Below are positions 11,374 to 20,113 of a DNA stretch of 37,800 bases, one piece after another (the stretch's first letter is position 1; each line of letters opens with the position of its first letter). A program made the position numbers and the translations under genes. Location: positions 1 through 37,800 of the forward strand of contig JAWBBW010000013.1 of NCBI GenBank assembly GCA_038824035.1, read 5' to 3'. The DNA is from Desulfurococcaceae archaeon (lineage in GTDB: Archaea; Thermoproteota; Thermoprotei_A; Sulfolobales; Desulfurococcaceae). The notes under the pieces are model-generated. The model did not search any database. It was not told where the DNA came from and worked only from the letters and a program-made list of their open reading frames with translations.

Positions 11374-13377
11374 TCATTGACTGAGTGACGCGTGTTGGCC
11401 TATTTTAAAAACACCTAGCGTTACTTTCACTGGGTTCATCCTCCTACCTCCGCCTTCATAGAATTTTGACGACACCTCATATATCACCAATCTTAACGAG
11501 TGTATAAATGGACTTAAACTAGATATGGCTAGGTTAAATAAATGCGCGATCATACCTGTGAAAACACCTGCAAGAACCCCTATCACAGGGCTTAGAGCAG
11601 ATGTAGATACGTATACACCCAGTATAAAGGAGTTTATTAATTCAGCCAATATAGCACCACCTATGGCTATGCCTGCTATTCTAATAAAAGACAATATGTC
11701 TGTGAGCACGCCGAGCAGGTCAAATATCCATAACATAGCGCCGATTAATTTATCCGACAAAACCCTGATGACCACATAGATCACTATGAACATGTAAACA
11801 ACGTATTCAATAATTACTCCTGGCAACACACGCGAGAACCCTATAACCTCGACATTGATGGGAAGTTTCATGGATATCAAAGATGGTGATAGAAGTATTA
11901 TACCTACCAAAACGATTTCGCCCGCTGATCTGATCTTATCCCTGTAATACAAAGCTTTCCATAATCCAAGTACATGAGATACCAAGATCACGAAATAACC
12001 AATTATAAGCGATATTGTTATGTACTGTGTTATAGACCTACTTATTCCTTCAACATACTGCAAACGCGGTGGAAGAGATGGTATTAAACGGGGTATATAT
12101 TGCGATATATATGTCCCTATAAGAGAGCCAAAGAAATTACCTGCCAATAAACCGGTTATAGCTGAAACACCTGCCGCTATGTATACTATTGTTTGTAATC
12201 TTTTCAATGTATCTCTATTCTCAATAAAAAATGGTAATACAAATAAAGCACCTATGACTAAGCCCAGTGCATAGCCAGTATCGGCTAGCATCAGGGACGT
12301 GAAAACAAGATACAGGTACGTGATTAACGGCGTAGGATCTCTTTCAGAAGGGGAAGGGTAACCTATGAGTTCTGTGAAGATCTCGAATGGCTTAAATGGC
12401 CTTAGGTTTTTAAAATCCACAGGAGGATTTGATGCGTTTTCAAAGACTATATAACCCCTATATCTGTTCACAATCTCTATTAACTCGTCTTTCTTCGACT
12501 CGAGGGTCCAGCCAACGATCAATGCTAAATATTGGGATTCCATGGCTTTCTCTAGAAGTGAGAGCTTATTTCTTTCCATATCTATTAAGACCTTGAAAAC
12601 ACCGAGATCTCTTAAATTTGATCGCAGAACTTCTCTGATCTTGTTTCTCAGGGCTAAGAGTTCCGATGAAATAGTTTTTATTTTATTTCTTAATTTCTCC
12701 AAGGCCTCATTTAACTTAATTACCCCGTATTCGTTGATTATATCCACACATGTTATTTTCAGGCCTTTCAGTTCACTATATTTCGATCTCTCGGCTAATA
12801 GAACAGCAATTGCAACGTTCTCATCCAATTCCACATAAGTAATGGTTTTCAATGCGTTGTCTATCATTTTCTTAACATCTGCTACTTCACCTACAATGGT
12901 TTTTGCCACAATAAGATCTCCTTCATAGTCTAGAATAGAGGTGTCGAGATCTCCGCTATACTTGGTTACAATTTCATTTAAGACTGTTAGTAAAGCTCTA
13001 GAAATAAACAGCTCTCTTTCAAGTTCCCTGGTTTTATTCTCCAGTAGTTTAATGGTCTCCATAACATTAGACAACTTGCCGTAGAGCTTTCTCAACTCCT
13101 CTTCTGTATTGGGTTGGATATGATTTATTTCCAAGATCACAGGTTCTTCGATATATGAGTTCAAATATTCAAATACCTTAACTGAATAATCCAGAAGCAC
13201 TATCCGTGATTTAATTTTCTCATATTCAACCTTGCTTACACTTGGGGCAAGGGGCTCTAACAAACCTTTCTTGACAAGTTCCTCGTGAACGCTGTCTAAG
13301 ACATCTTTTGGGACAATGATATAAGACTTAACTCCGACATCAGGCTTACTTAATAGTAACTGACTGATTCCCGGCAT
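11374..13377 (-). CDS. atpI: A/V-type ATP synthase subunit I/a
   Basis: Soluble N-half plus TM C-half; YPSPSERDPTP, LMLADTGY, DILSFIRI (essential Arg), FIHSLRLVIYE..SKFYEGGG. Confidence 0.95.
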   Translation of the reverse strand: MPGISQLLLSKPDVGVKSYIIVPKDVLDSVHEELVKKGLLEPLAPSVSKVEYEKIKSRIVLLDYSVKVFEYLNSYIEEPVILEINHIQPNTEEELRKLYGKLSNVMETIKLLENKTRELERELFISRALLTVLNEIVTKYSGDLDTSILDYEGDLIVAKTIVGEVADVKKMIDNALKTITYVELDENVAIAVLLAERSKYSELKGLKITCVDIINEYGVIKLNEALEKLRNKIKTISSELLALRNKIREVLRSNLRDLGVFKVLIDMERNKLSLLEKAMESQYLALIVGWTLESKKDELIEIVNRYRGYIVFENASNPPVDFKNLRPFKPFEIFTELIGYPSPSERDPTPLITYLYLVFTSLMLADTGYALGLVIGALFVLPFFIENRDTLKRLQTIVYIAAGVSAITGLLAGNFFGSLIGTYISQYIPRLIPSLPPRLQYVEGISRSITQYITISLIIGYFVILVSHVLGLWKALYYRDKIRSAGEIVLVGIILLSPSLISMKLPINVEVIGFSRVLPGVIIEYVVYMFIVIYVVIRVLSDKLIGAMLWIFDLLGVLTDILSFIRIAGIAIGGAILAELINSFILGVYVSTSALSPVIGVLAGVFTGMIAHLFNLAISSLSPFIHSLRLVIYEVSSKFYEGGGRRMNPVKVTLGVFKIGQHASLSQ

Positions 13378-13385
13378 GTAAACAC

Positions 13386-13688
13386 CTAAATTTCAATTGC
13401 AAGAACAAGAGAAGCCAATTTAATGGCTATTTCCCTAACTTTATCCCTGTACTTGTTCCTTATATTAATGGCCTCTTTCTCAGCCTCCTTGATGATCTTC
13501 TCTGATTCAGCCTCGATCTCTTTCTCGATAAGTTCTTTGTACCTGAAAAGTTCGACCTCGTACGACCTATCCGACAATATTTCCTCTGCCTTTTTCTTGG
13601 CATCTTCGATTATTTTATTAGCCTTCTTTTTTGCATCCTCAATAATTCTTCTTCCTTCAGCTTCTAACTCGTTCATTAGATTGGCCAT
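13386..13688 (-). CDS. atpH: ATP synthase subunit H/G (peripheral stalk)
   Basis: Coiled coil with IIEDAKKKA repeats, first gene of the operon; ATG at 13688 preceded by a GGTG RBS (ORF track extends to 13721). Confidence 0.8.
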   Translation of the reverse strand: MANLMNELEAEGRRIIEDAKKKANKIIEDAKKKAEEILSDRSYEVELFRYKELIEKEIEAESEKIIKEAEKEAINIRNKYRDKVREIAIKLASLVLAIEI

Positions 13689-13856
13689 AGTAAGCACCGG
13701 TTTTGTTTTTCTAACTATCACAATTATTGATAGCTCCGTTAAATAGATTATCCAGAATATAGTGCTTCACCAACATCTAAGAGCTAGGAAAATATAACGA
13801 TATTAAGGCTGGTTATCAATTTAAGACATATATCAAAGGATTGAGATCGAATGATA

Positions 13857-14405
13857 TTAATTAACCGATTGATCCACTATTATGAAATAAACAATGGGCT
13901 CTTCGGAGATCTCGCCAAGAATGATTTGACTTAGACTTATGGTTAGAGCCATCGATATTTTTTCCAGCTGTATGTTGTTTTTCAAGCACTTTAAACCATA
14001 TTTGTTTATGATATTTTTTAGCTGTTTATTAATTTCATTCATAAATAACTTGTACTTATCTAATAGATTATTTAATTCATTTCTTAATTTATTTAACTCA
14101 CTGGTTAAGAAATATGGAGCAGAGAGTTTGTAATAAATCTCTATTTTGAATCTTTTTGGTTGTTCCTTTGCCTCGGTTATTATGCCGATCGATTTAAGTC
14201 TCCTCAAATGATCAGACACAGTGGAGGGTGATAGACCCAATTTTTCTGAGATCTCCTTAAGTGTTAGAGGACCCTCTGTTGCCAATAAGTATATAATAGC
14301 CTTCCTGGTGGGATTAGCCAAAATCGAAAACTTTTCCATAACAGCTCCGAAACCAGCAATAATAACCCTGTCTTTCAATTGATCAAGGCCTTCGTAGCTA
14401 ACCAT
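13857..14405 (-). CDS. ArsR-family winged-HTH transcriptional regulator with C-terminal extension
   Basis: FSILANPTRKAIIYLL..GPLTLKEISEKLGLSPSTVSDHLRRLKSIGII; AGGTGG RBS. Confidence 0.9.
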   Translation of the reverse strand: MVSYEGLDQLKDRVIIAGFGAVMEKFSILANPTRKAIIYLLATEGPLTLKEISEKLGLSPSTVSDHLRRLKSIGIITEAKEQPKRFKIEIYYKLSAPYFLTSELNKLRNELNNLLDKYKLFMNEINKQLKNIINKYGLKCLKNNIQLEKISMALTISLSQIILGEISEEPIVYFIIVDQSVN

Positions 14406-14455
14406 ATCCTGCCACCTACTTCTAAGTTATACTTGGTGAGCAAGGTCTATATAGC

Positions 14456-14479
14456 TTATTAGGTTATAAGGTTATTAGG
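14456..14479. repeat. Three tandem 8-bp repeats TTATTAGG-TTATAAGG-TTATTAGG in the divergent promoter region; candidate operator
   Basis: Read directly from the sequence; the operator function is inference. Confidence 0.55.
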
Positions 14480-14485
14480 AAAAAA

Positions 14486-14502
14486 CCGAAAAAATTATAT
14501 AC
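14486..14502 (+). promoter_or_regulatory. Probable BRE-TATA promoter of the peptide/radical SAM operon
   Basis: CCGAAAAAA followed by TTATATAC, about 25 nt upstream of the GGTGG RBS (14526-14530). Confidence 0.6.
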
Positions 14503-14534
14503 TCCCAGAGATAATCATATTCACAGGTGGAATT

Positions 14535-14663
14535 GTGAACAAAGGTGGGACAAAGCCAAAGATAATTATATTAGAAAGGGAAATAATAAGGATCGAAGAA
14601 CCTAATTTTATTCCTCCATGTAAGTTGTTCTGTGGGCCAATAATTGCTAGTAAAAAACCATAG
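14535..14663 (+). CDS. 42-aa putative RiPP precursor peptide MNKGGTKPKIIILEREIIRIEEPNFIPPCKLFCGPIIASKKP (not in ORF track)
   Basis: GTG start 4 nt after the GGTGG RBS, TAG at 14661-14663; sits between the promoter and the rSAM/SPASM gene; charged leader-like half, CxxxC/Pro-rich core-like half. Confidence 0.75.
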   Translation: MNKGGTKPKIIILEREIIRIEEPNFIPPCKLFCGPIIASKKP

Positions 14664-14691
14664 AAATCCTTAACAATGAGATGGGGTTTTA

Positions 14692-16005
14692 ATGAAGATA
14701 TCCAAGTATAATTTTGTTTTTCCCTTTGATCAACATTACTCTCTTGTTTACAATGCTCTTTCCAGGTCGATAATTCTTCTTGAAAACAAATATGCCCGGG
14801 AAATTTTGAGTGGTCAATTGGCCAATATACTTGTAGACGAGGAATTGGTTAAGACTTTAAAGGACTTGTATATAATCCTGGATGAAGATATTGATGAAAG
14901 AGCTCTTTTCAAATATCTCACATATTCCCTGAGATTTTCAAAGGAAAATCTATTATTGTTCCTATCTCTTACCAATAGGTGTAACCTGGCCTGCATATAT
15001 TGTTATCAATCCCATAGACCTATGCTAGAAGGTAGCGATCTCACGATTGCCAAATGGTGCTTAATGAAAAAATTCGTGGAAAGAAAACTACAAGAAGGTT
15101 CAAAGGAGATAGATGTGGCTTTATTTGGCGGCGAGCCGCTACTCAATGCAAATACAGCCCGCGTTATACTGAAGGATTTAAACAAATTGGCCAGTGAGCA
15201 TGGATCAAGACTTCGTGTAATGTTGGTCACAAATGGAACAATCATAGATGACGTAGAGGATGTAATAAGTAATGTGGACACCATTCAAATCACGATTGAC
15301 GGTACCATGGAGGTGCATGATAAGAGAAGGCCCTTTAAAAACGGAGCCGGAAGTTTTGAGACAATATTCAAGAACACTTTGCAATTCATTGATAAGTACA
15401 ACAAATGGATTGTAATAAGGGTTAACGTGGATGAGCATAACATAGATAAGCTCGTAGAGTTCGTGGATCTCCTCGATGAACATGGTTTAAGAAATAAAAT
15501 TGACTCCATCGATTTCTCGCCAGTAATACCGGATCAAGCTGGGAAATATAAGCCATTCAAAGGTAAGAAAACATATGCCCAGTACTATATAGATATATTA
15601 CATCGCATCGTGGAGATAATAGAGTATGCATCGTCTAAAGGTTTTGGCACTGTAAAGAACTTTATCATAGGCCCTTGTTCCTGTAGATCTATAAATGGTT
15701 TCTCCATAGATGAGCAATTAAGAGTGTATAGATGTCCTGCATTGCTTTATGAGAAAGCAGAGGGATTTATAAGAGATAATGGCATAATCGAATTTAAGTC
15801 CATGCACTGGGTTAAAACCCTTGTCGAAGATGCTCAGTGTATGTTTGAGTGCAAGTATGCCCCTTTATGTTTTGGAGGATGTATTTACTTGAGATCTCGT
15901 GGTATACCATCATGTGTCAAAGCATTGTTCGGCGAGAATTTGTTGAGGAGAATTCTATATGCATATGTAAAATCAAGGTATAGAGGTTTAATGGAAAATG
16001 CATGA
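14692..16005 (+). CDS. Radical SAM protein with C-terminal SPASM domain; probable peptide maturase
   Basis: CNLACIYC (CxxxCxxC), FGGEPLL, VTNGT, QITIDG...HDKRRP; SPASM cysteines C...YRC...CMFECKYAPLCFGGC...C; about 85-aa N-terminal extension where RiPP recognition elements sit. Confidence 0.93.
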   Translation: MKISKYNFVFPFDQHYSLVYNALSRSIILLENKYAREILSGQLANILVDEELVKTLKDLYIILDEDIDERALFKYLTYSLRFSKENLLLFLSLTNRCNLACIYCYQSHRPMLEGSDLTIAKWCLMKKFVERKLQEGSKEIDVALFGGEPLLNANTARVILKDLNKLASEHGSRLRVMLVTNGTIIDDVEDVISNVDTIQITIDGTMEVHDKRRPFKNGAGSFETIFKNTLQFIDKYNKWIVIRVNVDEHNIDKLVEFVDLLDEHGLRNKIDSIDFSPVIPDQAGKYKPFKGKKTYAQYYIDILHRIVEIIEYASSKGFGTVKNFIIGPCSCRSINGFSIDEQLRVYRCPALLYEKAEGFIRDNGIIEFKSMHWVKTLVEDAQCMFECKYAPLCFGGCIYLRSRGIPSCVKALFGENLLRRILYAYVKSRYRGLMENA

Positions 16006-16909
16006 CCCCGTTATATTTGTTAAAGGTGTTACCAAGATCTATCCGAACGGTATCGTCGCCAACAAGGATGTAGCAATAGAGGTTAATGCAGGTGAAATAA
16101 CCTGTGTTGTGGGACCTAACGGAGCTGGTAAAACAACACTTATACGCCAGATAATAGGGCTTTTAAGGCCTACAAAAGGTGAGATCAAAGTACTCGGCGT
16201 AGACCCGTTCATGAGTCAATCCATTATTAAGAGAGAAGTGGGATACGTGCCACAATTACCTGTAATGTTTCCCGCACATAAACCCATTGAAGTCTTAGAA
16301 TATGTCGCATCCCTGGCAAGGACTCGAATAGATGATGTTGTCAATATATTGGAGAGACTTGGTTTAAATGATGTAAAAGATCTTCTTGGATATCAATTAT
16401 CCCTTGGTTTAAGAAAACTCGTATTAATGAGTATCGCGTTGATAAAAAATCCCAGGATAATGATCCTAGATGAACCAACATCGTTCATGGATATAATTAG
16501 GAAGAAGGCGGTATGGGATTTGATCAGCGAATTCAAGTGTAACAATAAGGCTGTCTTACTGGTATCGCATGATCTAGAAGAGGTTAGACGGTTATGTGAG
16601 AGGTTTTACTTAATGATGAATGGACAAGTGGTTTTCCACGCAAGATCTCTTCCAAGCCTCAGTGAGGCCGAACTTAGGATCTATCCAAGAAACATGGATG
16701 ATAGTGATTTGATAAAAATAATGATAAGGAACGGTGTGATTAAATATGACTCGGACACGCTTATAGTAAATTACGATTCCTTGATTAAAGCTGCAGAAGA
16801 CCTTGAATACATAGCCTCTAATGGGGTAAATGAGATCAAATTGATACTTGAATATCCCTCCTTCGAGTCTTTCATGGAAGCGGTTTTCAAGAAAGTAAAT
16901 TCGAGGTGA
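15998..16909 (+). CDS. ABC-2 type exporter ATP-binding subunit
   Basis: Walker A GPNGAGKT, Q-loop GYVPQ, variant signature LSLGL, Walker B IMILDEP, H-loop VSHD; overlaps the rSAM gene by 8 nt. Confidence 0.93.
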   Translation: MHDPVIFVKGVTKIYPNGIVANKDVAIEVNAGEITCVVGPNGAGKTTLIRQIIGLLRPTKGEIKVLGVDPFMSQSIIKREVGYVPQLPVMFPAHKPIEVLEYVASLARTRIDDVVNILERLGLNDVKDLLGYQLSLGLRKLVLMSIALIKNPRIMILDEPTSFMDIIRKKAVWDLISEFKCNNKAVLLVSHDLEEVRRLCERFYLMMNGQVVFHARSLPSLSEAELRIYPRNMDDSDLIKIMIRNGVIKYDSDTLIVNYDSLIKAAEDLEYIASNGVNEIKLILEYPSFESFMEAVFKKVNSR

Positions 16910-16913
16910 ATTA

Positions 16914-17660
16914 ATGAATTTATATGAATTATTTAAAACCATGTGTTTCAATATAAGATCACTTAGACTATATTGGCTTAATGTATTGACCACGAGCTTG
17001 TTAATACCATTATCATATTTGATAATAGTGATCTTACTAAGCCCTGATTCCCCCAATCACATAATAATGGCATTGACCGGCTTCATAGTTATTTCCGAGT
17101 TCTCCACACTAGTATTACCTGTGGCGTTGCTCGTAGGCGGTATCTTCGATGAAAACGTAGTGGAATTGTATGCCTCTCTTCCTACCGGCTTCTCTGAGAT
17201 CATATTATCGTATGTACTAACATACTTAGTGTTCTCTATTCCAGTATTGTTTGGCTTTTTACTGGTAATAAGTAAGTATACAGCTATGGTTAATTGGCCT
17301 TATTTATTGATTGGGCTGGTGTATTTGTTGACTTTATGCTCGCTCATAGGCATATGGCTTGGGCTCTACATTAAAAACAGACTAATTTTGGAACCACTTC
17401 TATCATTAATGCTCATAGCGGTAATAGTGTTTACACCGGCCTACTATAGGTTAACTAATGTCTCCGGACCACTTCGATTGATCACATTGGTTAACCCAGT
17501 AACACATGTGGTAAACCTGCTAAGAACAGGTGTAAATATGTGTGAGGGTGTTGAAACAAGCTTTTCAATACTATATTTGACCTTGATCGTAATGGTTATT
17601 TCTATTAGCATAGTACTCAGGCTAAATAGGGGTTTAACAAACTTCTTGGAGGTTAAATAA
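16914..17660 (+). CDS. ABC-2 type exporter permease
   Basis: About 6 TM helices; FTPAYY...LVNPVTHVVNLLR motif typical of ABC-2 membrane domains. Confidence 0.88.
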   Translation: MNLYELFKTMCFNIRSLRLYWLNVLTTSLLIPLSYLIIVILLSPDSPNHIIMALTGFIVISEFSTLVLPVALLVGGIFDENVVELYASLPTGFSEIILSYVLTYLVFSIPVLFGFLLVISKYTAMVNWPYLLIGLVYLLTLCSLIGIWLGLYIKNRLILEPLLSLMLIAVIVFTPAYYRLTNVSGPLRLITLVNPVTHVVNLLRTGVNMCEGVETSFSILYLTLIVMVISISIVLRLNRGLTNFLEVK

Positions 17661-17662
17661 AA

Positions 17663-17998
17663 ATGACATGGCAAGAGATCATAAGTGTTATGAGAGAAAA
17701 GATCAGGAACCACGTTCCCGGACTTCTCGAAGCACTGGATCTTATGTGTATTCGCGAGATCGGCACTACGTGCCACAACGCGTTTTTAGAAAAACCAGGT
17801 AAATTCAGGGACATGTTATTAAAAATGTATGGGAGTAGCATCGATTCAGTCCTCTATATAGTGTTTAATGTGTTCGTTAAGCCGTTATTCGAAGACAAGG
17901 ATGACCGGGCCTGGGAATTAGCCAAATTATTTATACGCGATCCCGATAAATCTATAGAAATTATTAAGGAAATAGTAGAGCTGGTAAGATATCGTTAG
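17663..17998 (+). CDS. Small archaeal protein with Cx7C motif (DUF3227-like, tentative); paralog of 28286-28612
   Basis: GGAGG RBS, 2 nt after the permease stop; shares PGL, Cx4Gx2C, FLExP, YGSS and ELAKLxIRDP with 28286-28612. Confidence 0.75.
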   Translation: MTWQEIISVMREKIRNHVPGLLEALDLMCIREIGTTCHNAFLEKPGKFRDMLLKMYGSSIDSVLYIVFNVFVKPLFEDKDDRAWELAKLFIRDPDKSIEIIKEIVELVRYR

Positions 17999-18049
17999 TT
18001 CACTGGCACATATGAAATGAAATGGCACGTTCTATGTAGTTGTTTCTCA

Positions 18050-18919
18050 TCAATCACCATATATACCTAGTTCTTTCCGAACGTATTCATCTATCTCCTT
18101 GCCTATGTAACAAGATCTTTTATATGCGGCTTCAACGGTTCTCATTAAAGCCGCCTTAACACCTCTGGACTCGAACACCATTAACCCCCTTATAGTTGTG
18201 CCGGCAGGCGTAGTGACTTCATCTCTTACTTCGATTGGATGTATTTCGTTTTTATTTTTAAGCAAGATGGCTGTGCCCTCTAGGACATCTAATATTGCTT
18301 TATAAGCCAAATCCCTTGGCATACCTGTGGCCACGGCACCTAGGACCAACGCATCTATGATCTCAGCTATATATGCTGGGCCACTACCGGCTAACGCTGT
18401 CCATGCATCAAGTATTTCCTCCGGAACCCAGTACACAGATCCTAAACAGGTGAAGAGCCTCTCGACGATGTCCTTATGAACACTTTCGCTCAAGGTTGCG
18501 ATGGCTGTTGAAGATTTTTTCACATATGCATTAATGTTGGGCATAGCCCTGTAGAGTTCGGCGCCTTCGAGTATTAGCCTCAACGTATCAAGTCTCACAC
18601 CGGCTATTATGGAAATTACTATTTTATCTCTCCAATTATCTTTATTTACTTGTCTAATTACATCTGGCAAATGATGGGGTTTTACACTGAGAATCACGAG
18701 ATCGGAGGAACTGACAGCTTCATTATTATCCCTAGTGGCAATCGCTCCTAATAACTCGGCATTTTTAAGAGTGGACTCTCTTCTACCTGTTGCTATTATT
18801 TCGATATATCTAAAGCAATCCCTAAAAGCCTGGATCATAGCTGAACCTATTTTTCCAGCACCTATAATGGCTATTCTGCGAATATCGTCCATATCTTTCC
18901 TGTCCATGTAATACACCAC
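18050..18919 (-). CDS. proC: Pyrroline-5-carboxylate reductase
   Basis: IIGAGKIG, LSVKP, RAMPN, TALAGSGPAY, VTTPAGTTIRG. Confidence 0.96.
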   Translation of the reverse strand: MVYYMDRKDMDDIRRIAIIGAGKIGSAMIQAFRDCFRYIEIIATGRRESTLKNAELLGAIATRDNNEAVSSSDLVILSVKPHHLPDVIRQVNKDNWRDKIVISIIAGVRLDTLRLILEGAELYRAMPNINAYVKKSSTAIATLSESVHKDIVERLFTCLGSVYWVPEEILDAWTALAGSGPAYIAEIIDALVLGAVATGMPRDLAYKAILDVLEGTAILLKNKNEIHPIEVRDEVTTPAGTTIRGLMVFESRGVKAALMRTVEAAYKRSCYIGKEIDEYVRKELGIYGD

Positions 18920-18985
18920 GTCATGTATATAATCACAAAATCAGGATTTTGCTTAGAGTTATATATAAAAATATTGTTCGGAATC

Positions 18986-20113
18986 CTAGAGATCCATACC
19001 ATTTGGATACAATAGCTTTAATATCATGTTTATTTTATGCCTAACTTCAACTAGGTCTCGGCCTACCACATTTACATGGCCCATTTTTCTTCTTTTTCTT
19101 ACTTCTTTTTTACCATACCAATATAATTTACCATACTTATTTATCTCTAAAGGTATATCAGATAGATCTAATCCAATGATATTAACCATTCCACCCGGCG
19201 ATAAGAGCATAGTAGGAGCTAGTTCTAACCCTAATATTGATCTAATGTGTTGTTCAAACTGGGAAACAAAAGCAGCATCTAATGTGTAATGTCCTGTATT
19301 GTGGACTCTGGGAGCGAATTCGTTCACCAATACTTCTTTGTCCTTTACAAAAAATTCTATTCCCATGGCCCCTATGTAATTTAATTTCTCGCAGAGCCTT
19401 CTCGCGATTTCAATCATCTTATCAAATATTTCCTTGTCTTGCAAAGGCCCATAATTGTAAACTAAGATCCCCTTTTCATTATAATTGTAAGTTGGTGGAT
19501 AGGCAACGAATTCGCCATTAATGTTCCTTGCAACAATGATTGATGCCTCATAGTCGAAATCCACATATTCTTCGACTACTAAGATATCATTTAGATGCAA
19601 CAAGGTTCTTTCGTATTTGTCAAGATCGATCTTGTTTTTTATAAAGTATTGCCCTTTACCATCATATCCGCCCTTAGATTGCTTTATGACGCAATGATAA
19701 TTGAATTCTTCTCTTACAATCTTGAACGCCTCTTCAGCATTATCTACGATATGAAACCTAGGAGTAGGTATACCATGTTCCTTGAAAAACAATCTTTCTC
19801 TCCATCTTTCTCTTTTAAGCTCCACGACATGGAGTTTTGGAAGTAACTTCTCCTTGTATTCAGCATATTTAAGTGCATCTTCATAGACATGTTCGAACTC
19901 GAATGTAACTACATCCACGGAATCTATTAATTCCCTGTAGTTGTCTGGATCGTAACATTTATCGGCTATTTTGCATGCCGGATCATCTTTTGCCCCCATT
20001 ACGTAGAATTTCAATGGATACTTTCTGTTCTCCAGTATCATCATCCAACCTAATTGCCCACTTCCCAGTATTCCTATTTTAATATCATTCAAGTCTTGTA
20101 GAGAGGACTTCAT
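18986..20113 (-). CDS. purK: N5-carboxyaminoimidazole ribonucleotide synthase
   Basis: [59 protein letters not shown]. Confidence 0.97.
   Translation of the reverse strand: MKSSLQDLNDIKIGILGSGQLGWMMILENRKYPLKFYVMGAKDDPACKIADKCYDPDNYRELIDSVDVVTFEFEHVYEDALKYAEYKEKLLPKLHVVELKRERWRERLFFKEHGIPTPRFHIVDNAEEAFKIVREEFNYHCVIKQSKGGYDGKGQYFIKNKIDLDKYERTLLHLNDILVVEEYVDFDYEASIIVARNINGEFVAYPPTYNYNEKGILVYNYGPLQDKEIFDKMIEIARRLCEKLNYIGAMGIEFFVKDKEVLVNEFAPRVHNTGHYTLDAAFVSQFEQHIRSILGLELAPTMLLSPGGMVNIIGLDLSDIPLEINKYGKLYWYGKKEVRKRRKMGHVNVVGRDLVEVRHKINMILKLLYPNGMDL

Noticed and set aside
6462-13746. Many plus-strand ORFs antisense to the ATP synthase genes (e.g. 10269-10823, 13423-13746)
   Set aside because: Shadow ORFs opposite well-supported genes; their Ser/Phe/Leu-rich composition mirrors the Glu/Lys coiled coils on the coding strand.
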